Source: Candidatus Margulisiibacteriota bacterium
GTDB lineage: Bacteria; Margulisbacteria; WOR-1; O2-12-FULL-45-9; XYB2-FULL-48-7
Length of the DNA: 64,000 bases
NCBI GenBank assembly: GCA_041661965.1
Contig: JBAZTH010000002.1
Span: 1-64,000 of the forward strand
Direction: 5' to 3'
Shown here piece after piece: positions 57,155 to 64,000 of this stretch. Position numbers and translations under genes: made by a program. A model generated the notes under the pieces. That model did not search any database. It had not been told where the DNA came from and was given only the letters and a program-made list of their open reading frames with translations. Position 1 is the first letter of the stretch, and the number at the start of each line of letters is the position of its first letter.

Positions 57155-59686
57155 CTATTTTCGGTTCAACATCTTTAAAACTTCAAACCACATCAGGCTG
57201 GCGGCTCCCCCCAAGAAAGAAATAACAAGATCATTTAAATGAAGGACCTCAAAATGAAACAACTCTCTAAGAAAAGGAAGATAAAGAACAAGAAAAAGCG
57301 CGACTAGAGTTCCCGCGATAACCCACCAAAGGGCCGAATTTTTCTTTCTAATTACGTAAATAATATTTTGGGTCCAGGAGAGATTGGTCAGGATCAACAT
57401 CAGGTTGGCAAAAACCATGGTAGTAAAGGTCAAACTGCGCGCTTCGTTCTCGCTCTTCCCCAGATAAAGCGCCAGCAAGAAGACGATCATCACGACCGCC
57501 AGAACGCTCAATCCCTGAAGGAGGCTGATCACCAGGGCGTTCCGGTCAAAAAGCCGGTCGCTCAACTTGCGCGGCGGCCGCTGCATGATTTTGTCCTCTT
57601 CCGGCTCCGCCTCAAAAACGGTCGAACAGGCCGGATCAATGATCAGTTCCATAAAAGCAATATGGGCCGGCAAGAGGACGATCGGCAATTGAAATAAGAT
57701 CGGAAAAAGAGACATCCCGGCAATTGGAACGTGAACGGCAAAAATATAAGCGACCGCTTTTTTCAGGTTATCATAGATCCGCCGCCCCATTCTGACAGCT
57801 GAAACGATCGAAGAAAAATCGTCGTTCAGTAAAACGATATCGGCCGATTCCCGAGCCACATCGGTCCCCCGCTCCCCCATCGCCACCCCGATATGGGCCG
57901 ATTTCAAGGCCGGGGCGTCGTTGACCCCGTCGCCGGTCATCGCCACGACCTCGTTATTGGATTTAAGCGCGTTAACAATATTGAATTTCTGTTCCGGCGC
58001 AACCCGGGCAAAAATATTGACCGTCTTGATCCGCGCCTGAAGTTCAAGACGGTCCATGGTCATTAATTCCGGCCCGGTAATGACCTGATCGGGATTGGCG
58101 AGGCCGATCTGTTTGGCAATATATTTGGCGGTCCCCGGATAATCGCCGGTAATAATGATCACCCGCAATCCGGCCGCGTAGCATTCTTTGACCGCCGGCG
58201 GCACGGTCTCTCTGACCGGATCGGCAAAACCGATCAGGCCGATATACTTAAAATCAAAATCATGCTGACCGTCGGGCAAGGAAGTTTGATGAAACGAGGC
58301 TTTAGCGACCGCCAGTAAACGGAGCCCTTTATCGGCCAGACCGGTAACGGTTTTGGCCAGCTCTTCTTTTTGCGCGTCGGAAAAATGACAAAGGTCGGCG
58401 ATCGCTTCCGGCGCCCCTTTCGTCGCGATCACGTAGCTTTGCTTATCAGGCGACTCCCAGACATGCGATAAGGCCAGGAGCTGTTTTGAGAGGGGGTATT
58501 CCCGGATCAATTTCCAGGTGTGGTGGAGATGCTCGGTCCCGGTCAGCCAGCCAACTCCTCGGGCTTTGATCTCTTTCTCGATCGGATCGAAAGGATCTTT
58601 CTGGCTCGCCAGGACCGAAAATTCCAGCAGGTCGTGAAAGCGCTCGTCCAGCCGATTGAGCCCTTTAGTTTCGCAGTTTTCCCCCTCGGTAAAAAGCGAG
58701 CTCAAGGTCATCTTATTGTGGGTCAGGGTCCCGGTCTTATCGACGCACAGGACAGTCGCCGCCCCCAGCGTTTCAATGGCCGGCATTTGGCGGGTCAAGA
58801 CCTGCCGTTTGGAAAGGCGCCACGCCCCCAGGGTTAAAAAGATCAGTAAAACGACGGAAAATTCTTCCGGCAGCATCGCCATGCTCAAGGTCAGGCCGGC
58901 CAGGAAACCGTTGATCCAGCTCCCCCGGGTCAAGCCGTAAACGACCACGACCACCGCGCAAAGGACCAGACCGGCCAGCGCGAAAGTTTTAATGATCCCG
59001 GCAGTCTCTTTTTGGAGGAGGGTCGATTCTTCCCGGATCGACTCCAACGCTTTGCCGATCTTGCCGATCTCGGTCTTGGCGCCGGTCGCGAAGACTTTGC
59101 CCAAACCATGCCCCTGAACGATCATCGTCCCGGAATAGACGAAGGGCAGGCCCTCGCCCCCCGGTTGTTTCGAACGGCTCACGCCGTCCCATTCGCTTTT
59201 GGCGACTGAGAGCGACTCTCCGGTCAGCAGAGATTCATCAAGCATTAAATTAGAGTTAAAAATAACGTAGGCATCGGCCGGAACCCGGTCCCCTTCGCGC
59301 AGAACAATAATATCGTCGATCACGACGGCGCGACCCGGGATCCTTTTTTGGCTCCCGTCGCGGATCACCAGCGCCCGGGGGGAGGAAAGATGGCGGAGCG
59401 CTTCCAAAGCCCGCTCGGTTTTCCGTTCCTGGTAAAAGGTTATGCCAATAACGACAAAAACAAAGGTCAAAAGCATCAAAGCGTCTTTTAATTCGCCGAG
59501 AATAATGTAAATTAAACCACTACCGAGAAGGAGCATGAGCATCGGCTCGCGGACCACGTTCCAAAGAATTTGCAAAAAGTTGCGCTGTTTTTGCGAAGGA
59601 AGTTCGTTATACCCGTATTTTTTCAGCTTTTCCTCGGCCTCTTTTTCCAAAAGGCCTTGAATATTCTGCAGTTCAACTTCTTTCAT
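57155..59686 (-). CDS. P-type cation-transporting ATPase (P2-type, Ca2+/Mg2+-like)
   Basis: DKTGTLT phosphorylation site, TGDGVNDAPAL hinge, 10-TM topology. Start taken at MKEVELQ. Confidence 0.9.
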   Translation of the reverse strand: MKEVELQNIQGLLEKEAEEKLKKYGYNELPSQKQRNFLQILWNVVREPMLMLLLGSGLIYIILGELKDALMLLTFVFVVIGITFYQERKTERALEALRHLSSPRALVIRDGSQKRIPGRAVVIDDIIVLREGDRVPADAYVIFNSNLMLDESLLTGESLSVAKSEWDGVSRSKQPGGEGLPFVYSGTMIVQGHGLGKVFATGAKTEIGKIGKALESIREESTLLQKETAGIIKTFALAGLVLCAVVVVVYGLTRGSWINGFLAGLTLSMAMLPEEFSVVLLIFLTLGAWRLSKRQVLTRQMPAIETLGAATVLCVDKTGTLTHNKMTLSSLFTEGENCETKGLNRLDERFHDLLEFSVLASQKDPFDPIEKEIKARGVGWLTGTEHLHHTWKLIREYPLSKQLLALSHVWESPDKQSYVIATKGAPEAIADLCHFSDAQKEELAKTVTGLADKGLRLLAVAKASFHQTSLPDGQHDFDFKYIGLIGFADPVRETVPPAVKECYAAGLRVIIITGDYPGTAKYIAKQIGLANPDQVITGPELMTMDRLELQARIKTVNIFARVAPEQKFNIVNALKSNNEVVAMTGDGVNDAPALKSAHIGVAMGERGTDVARESADIVLLNDDFSSIVSAVRMGRRIYDNLKKAVAYIFAVHVPIAGMSLFPILFQLPIVLLPAHIAFMELIIDPACSTVFEAEPEEDKIMQRPPRKLSDRLFDRNALVISLLQGLSVLAVVMIVFLLALYLGKSENEARSLTFTTMVFANLMLILTNLSWTQNIIYVIRKKNSALWWVIAGTLVALFLVLYLPFLRELFHFEVLHLNDLVISFLGGAASLMWFEVLKMLNRK

Positions 59687-59766
59687 GAACGTATGATAAC
59701 AAATTATCTCTTTCCACTCAATCAATATCGCCTGCAATTTTGCCGATAATTAGAGGAAAACAATTC

Positions 59767-60903
59767 ATGAGGAGTTCGGTGACTAACATTGGCAGAACGA
59801 GGTCTTCGTTTTCCCGCAACCGGTTGACCAAAACGGTCAGCCTGCTCGCTCTGCCCGCGCTGGTAAGCGGCCTGGCAGGCGACTCTCCTACGCCAAAGGC
59901 GCTTGCTCCAGCCCCATCAGTTATCGTCAACAGGGCCAAACCTTGCCCGCCGATCTCCTGGGCCCCATCAACTCCGGCGCTCCCCACCACCCGACAGGAA
60001 CTGCTCGCTTATGAAAGAACGCTCATTCGTCCAAAATTAAACGGTCTACCAACCGCTCTCCCTGATCTCGTCAATTTCCTGCGCCTGGCCGAAAGTAAGG
60101 GACAATTAACCTGGTTGTCTCATGATCAGCAGGCGGCGGATTTAATCCAGCGGGAAGTCGAGGCCGTGAACGCCGGAGAAGATCTCCATCTCCTTTTCGG
60201 GATTTTTCATCTGATAAACGGCCAGGTCGGTTTTATTAATAAACTCCTTGATCGCCTGGTCGGGGTCACTCATCTCGTTCAGGAATACAAGGGACTGGGT
60301 GACGGCGGCTTTGATCTTCAAAGCCATTTCGATCACTACCTGGTCACCGGCGACCCGCGCTATCAATTACAAATGACCGATACCGGCGTCAAAGGGGATG
60401 AGATCGACCAACAAGAACTTGCCGACATGAACTCCGCCTTGGAACTTGGCAAGAGCCAGTGCCTGAATGTCGTTTTTGCCGACCTTTCCTTACAGGAGCA
60501 ACAAACAATTGAAGAAGAGCTGATCTTTAGGTCGCGTGAGATCTTCGCCGTCAAAAGGGTCGAACAACGGCTTTCGCCAGGGGGTGGCAATATCGCCGTT
60601 TGGGTTTATGGGGCCAGTCATGCGGAAAAAGAAGGGCTCCCGACCGATCTTCAAGCGGCATTCCCCGGTTCAAAGGCAATTTCCATTATCATGAACGGGG
60701 GAACTTATATCCCAACCCTTCTTTTTGATCAAGCGCTGAATGAATTGGGTTGGCTGGAAAAGCCTTTTATCCTAAAACTGGTTGCTTATCGGGAAGGAAA
60801 TTACATAATCCATTTGCCGATAAAAGGCCAGTCAACAAAAGAAAAGATCGAAGGGGTCGGACTGCCGCTACTTGATCGAAAAAGACAACTTATTCAACAA
60901 TAA
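59767..60903 (+). CDS. Hypothetical secreted protein
   Basis: Signal-like N-terminus (TVSLLALPALVSGLA). No recognised motifs. Confidence 0.4.
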   Translation: MRSSVTNIGRTRSSFSRNRLTKTVSLLALPALVSGLAGDSPTPKALAPAPSVIVNRAKPCPPISWAPSTPALPTTRQELLAYERTLIRPKLNGLPTALPDLVNFLRLAESKGQLTWLSHDQQAADLIQREVEAVNAGEDLHLLFGIFHLINGQVGFINKLLDRLVGVTHLVQEYKGLGDGGFDLQSHFDHYLVTGDPRYQLQMTDTGVKGDEIDQQELADMNSALELGKSQCLNVVFADLSLQEQQTIEEELIFRSREIFAVKRVEQRLSPGGGNIAVWVYGASHAEKEGLPTDLQAAFPGSKAISIIMNGGTYIPTLLFDQALNELGWLEKPFILKLVAYREGNYIIHLPIKGQSTKEKIEGVGLPLLDRKRQLIQQ

Positions 60904-61345
60904 TATCGCAAATCAATCCCGCTCTAGACAGATCCACCCCCTGCCCGTCTTGACAAGGATGGACTTTGGGCTGGTCGCTTAATTGGGCCGGACCGCGTTG
61001 ATAGACCGCCGGCCCCGCGCCGACAAGCGGCTCCGGCTGGCCTGACGGTTTGGCCGTCGCGTTAGGCACCCTTGGCTTTGGTGATTCCGCAACCCGCGCC
61101 TTGGTTGGGGACTTGGCAGGAGAGGGGTCGACACACACCATATCGGGACCTTCATGATAAGGGTCTTCTTCCTGTTGTTTTTTATCAAGCATACACATCC
61201 CATAATCAAACTCAGCTTGTTCTTGTTCCAAAGCGCTGTATATTTTTTGTTCGCTCGCAGGCTGTATTGTAACGGCATTTTTGGGGGCCTTAGGAACAGG
61301 CTTGGCAATTGGAGCGGTATGAGCGGACCGAATAGTTTCTGTCAT
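60890..61345 (-). CDS. Pro-rich hypothetical protein
   Basis: ORF only. Low-complexity PKPxVP repeats. Confidence 0.3.
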   Translation of the reverse strand: MTETIRSAHTAPIAKPVPKAPKNAVTIQPASEQKIYSALEQEQAEFDYGMCMLDKKQQEEDPYHEGPDMVCVDPSPAKSPTKARVAESPKPRVPNATAKPSGQPEPLVGAGPAVYQRGPAQLSDQPKVHPCQDGQGVDLSRAGLICDIIVE

Positions 61346-61423
61346 TTTTCCTCCCCGAATGGCAACTCTTCGCGATCCTTATACTATACTATCGGGTTAA
61401 ATTGGGGGGGACTTGCATTGAGA

Positions 61424-62848
61424 CTACATCGTCGGCAGGTTGGAACATCCCATCAGGAACTCGTCGACGGCGCGGGCCGCTTTCCGCCCTTCGGAAATCG
61501 CCCAAACGATGAGCGACTGTCCCCGGCGCATGTCGCCGGCGGCAAAGATCTTTTTGACCGAAGTTTGGTAATTTACGTCAGTTTTAACGTTCCCCCGCTG
61601 ATCCAGCTCGATCTTCAGGGCGTCGAGCAAACCGGTTTTTTCCGGCGAAAGAAAGCCGAGCGCCAGAAAAACCAGATCGGCTTCGATCTCAAAATCGGTT
61701 CCCACAATTTCTTTCAGGTCGGAACCGACCTGAACACATTTTAACTTAGTAACCTGGCCGTTTTTCCCTTCGAACCTTTTAGTCGAGATCGACCATTGCC
61801 GCTCCGCCCCTTCTTCGTGGCTGGAAGTGGTCTTGAGCAAGACCGGGTATTTCGGCCAGGGCTGATGCGGCGGACGGTCTAACCCAGGCTTAGAAAGTAA
61901 TTCGATCTGAACAACACAGGTTGCCCCCTGGCGGTTGGCGGTCCCAACGCAGTCGGAGCCGGTATCGCCGCCGCCGATCACAACGACCCTCTTTCCTTTG
62001 GCATCGATCAATTTGTCGGCCGGGATTTTGGCTCCGGCGACGCGGCGGTTCGATTGGGTCAAATACTCCATGGCAAAGTGGATCCCGCCCAGTTCGCGTC
62101 CTTCGATCTTCAGGTCGCGCGGCTGGCGGGAACCGCCGGCCAGGACGACCGCGTCATACTCTTTCAGTTTTTCGACCGACAGGTCAACGCCGACGTTAAC
62201 GCCGATCTTGAAAGTAATCCCTTCCTGTTCCCAAATACCAAGCCGGCGATCGAGGAGCTTCTTTTCCAGTTTGAAATCAGGAATACCAAAACGCATGATC
62301 CCACCGACCTGTTCGTCCCGCTCAAATACGGTCACGGTATGCCCGGCTTGATTGAGTTGGGCGGCGCAGGCCAGCCCGGACGGGCCGGAACCGACCACCG
62401 CGACCTTTTTACCAGTCCGGCTGCAGGGAGGATTAGGTTTAATATCGCCCTCACGGAAAGCGTGTTCAATGATCCCGAGTTCGTTTTCCCTGACCGTGAC
62501 CGGATCGTCATTGATCCCCAGAACGCAAGCGTATTCGCACAAGGCCGGACAGACCCGGCCGGTGATCTCGGGGAGATTATTGGTCGCGTTCAGCATCGTC
62601 GCCGCCTTTGCCCAATGGCCGCGGGCCATCAAGTCGTTCCACTCGGGGATGAGGTTACCCAAAGGACAACCCCAGTGGCAGAAAGGAGTTCCGCAATCCA
62701 TACAGCGGACCGCTTGATCCTCGGCTTGGGCATCGCCGCGAAGATTAAAAACGAGGTCGTAATCTTGCACCCGTTCGCAAACCGGCCGGTAAGCGGTCTT
62801 ATCCCGCTTTACTTTCAAGAAGCCTTTTGGATCTTTAGCCATCGGCAA
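61424..62848 (-). CDS. gltD: Glutamate synthase small-subunit-like NAD(P)H oxidoreductase (GltD/SudA family)
   Basis: N-terminal [4Fe-4S] Cys cluster (CMDCGTPFC...C), a dinucleotide-binding [14 protein letters not shown], and a second Rossmann GGGDTGSD. Confidence 0.8.
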   Translation of the reverse strand: MPMAKDPKGFLKVKRDKTAYRPVCERVQDYDLVFNLRGDAQAEDQAVRCMDCGTPFCHWGCPLGNLIPEWNDLMARGHWAKAATMLNATNNLPEITGRVCPALCEYACVLGINDDPVTVRENELGIIEHAFREGDIKPNPPCSRTGKKVAVVGSGPSGLACAAQLNQAGHTVTVFERDEQVGGIMRFGIPDFKLEKKLLDRRLGIWEQEGITFKIGVNVGVDLSVEKLKEYDAVVLAGGSRQPRDLKIEGRELGGIHFAMEYLTQSNRRVAGAKIPADKLIDAKGKRVVVIGGGDTGSDCVGTANRQGATCVVQIELLSKPGLDRPPHQPWPKYPVLLKTTSSHEEGAERQWSISTKRFEGKNGQVTKLKCVQVGSDLKEIVGTDFEIEADLVFLALGFLSPEKTGLLDALKIELDQRGNVKTDVNYQTSVKKIFAAGDMRRGQSLIVWAISEGRKAARAVDEFLMGCSNLPTM

Positions 62849-64000
62849 CCTCCGTCAAGTCAAGCTTCTCTTCCAGCTTTTTCTCTTCCAATATCCGCTT
62901 GTATTCCAGCGGCATCACTTTCACAAACTTCTTGATCTCGAAATTTTCAAGGACCGCGGCCCCTTTTTTGCTTTTGGTATACCTAACATGATTAGACAAC
63001 AAGGTTTTGATCATTTTCAGGTCATCCTGATCGGGCGTTTGCAGTTCGATCATTTCAAAATTACATTTATCTTTGAAATCACCGGCCTCATCATAGACAT
63101 AAGCGATCCCGCCCGACATCCCGGCCCCAAAATTACGACCGGTCCGGCCTAAAATAACGACCCGGCCGCCTGTCATGTATTCGCAACCATGGTCCCCCAC
63201 CCCTTCAACCACCCCATAGAGCCCGGAATTGCGGATACAGAAACGCTCGCCCGCCATTCCGCGAATATAAGCCTCGCCGGAGATCGCGCCGTAAAAAGTC
63301 GTATTGCCGATTAAACTGTTTTGATCGGCTTTATAGGTCGCTTTAGAGTCCGGATAGATAATGATCTTGCCGCCCGAGATCCCTTTTCCAACGTAATCGT
63401 TGGCCAAGCCTTCCAGTTCAAAGGTTATCCCCTTGGCCAGCCAGGCGCCAAAGCTCTGTCCGGCAACCCCGTTAAACTTAACCTTGATCGTCTCTTCTTT
63501 CAACCCTTCTTCCCCGTAACGTTTGCAAAGCTCACCGGAGAGCATCGCGCCGGTCGTCCGGTTGACGTTACGGATCTCCTGCTCGATCAGAACTTCCTGC
63601 CGTTTTTCCAGCGCCGGCTTGGCTAACTTGATCAACTCGCGATCAAGGACCTTATCGACGCCATGGTCCTGAGCAATAACTGAGCGGGTTTTCACGTTTG
63701 CGGGAACTTCCGGACGATAGAGGATCTTGGAATAATCGATCTTGCTTGCTTTCCAAGGAACGATGCTCTGATTGACTTCCAGAAGATCGGTTCGCCCGAT
63801 CATTTCATCGACCGTTCTAACCCCAAGCTGGGCCATGATCTCCCGCAACTCTCTGGCAATAAAATTAAAGTAAGTGACAACATATTCCGGCTTGCCGCGG
63901 AAACGCTTTTCCAATAATTCATCCTGGGTCGCGACCCCCAGAGAACAGTTGTTCAGGTGGCAATGACGAAGCATTACGCACCCCATAACAATCAGGGGGG
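62835..64000 (-). CDS. Glutamate synthase large-subunit-type domain protein, FMN/Fe-S region through the C-terminal GXGXG domain (N-terminus beyond the window)
   Basis: CVMLRHCHLNNCSLGVATQ matches the GltB 3Fe-4S/FMN-domain motif. The downstream glycine-rich beta-helix domain is present. Runs off the right edge. Confidence 0.7.
   Translation of the reverse strand, partial: PLIVMGCVMLRHCHLNNCSLGVATQDELLEKRFRGKPEYVVTYFNFIARELREIMAQLGVRTVDEMIGRTDLLEVNQSIVPWKASKIDYSKILYRPEVPANVKTRSVIAQDHGVDKVLDRELIKLAKPALEKRQEVLIEQEIRNVNRTTGAMLSGELCKRYGEEGLKEETIKVKFNGVAGQSFGAWLAKGITFELEGLANDYVGKGISGGKIIIYPDSKATYKADQNSLIGNTTFYGAISGEAYIRGMAGERFCIRNSGLYGVVEGVGDHGCEYMTGGRVVILGRTGRNFGAGMSGGIAYVYDEAGDFKDKCNFEMIELQTPDQDDLKMIKTLLSNHVRYTKSKKGAAVLENFEIKKFVKVMPLEYKRILEEKKLEEKLDLTEVADG

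Overview
This 64 kb window comes from a high-GC (~58-60%) bacterium, probably an anaerobic diderm. Core genes present: membrane H+-pyrophosphatase (hppA), a complex-I/Mrp-type antiporter subunit, 2-oxoacid:ferredoxin oxidoreductase korAB, rubrerythrin-like paralogs, a ferredoxin:thioredoxin-reductase-like/rubredoxin fusion, FtsK, a LolCDE-like ABC system, a BtuFCD-like ABC system, a biotin cluster (bioC-bioH / bioB-bioF-bioD), queH, a P-type ATPase, a DEAD-box helicase, and gltD plus a partial gltB-like gene at the window end. The most notable feature is a ~14 kb AT-rich island directly 3' of a tRNA-Gly/Arg/Leu/Lys array (about 4290-18150). It starts with a 2.3 kb segment (large serine recombinase plus a DprA-like gene) bounded by a perfect 162-bp inverted repeat whose left copy overlaps the tRNA-Lys 3' end. 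Two tightly packed operons follow: (1) ParB-like, PD-(D/E)xK, SNF2 helicase, ParB-like, B12-binding radical SAM; (2) a 1233-aa SNF2 helicase with a C-terminal (S/T)GK repeat domain, then a DUF2779-like nuclease/exonuclease. Each operon is preceded by one copy of a conserved ~200-bp cassette (near-consensus sigma70 promoter, ~50-nt leader, covarying hairpin), present three times; the first copy is rearranged and inverted. I interpret this as a candidate uncharacterised defence or DNA-modification island with possible recombinase-driven rearrangement. A second, integrase-less ~0.7 kb islet sits at tRNA-His between 23-bp direct repeats. A REP-like palindromic element occurs twice, once as an in-frame 66-bp insertion in a yfhO-like gene. 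No CRISPR arrays or rRNA genes were seen.
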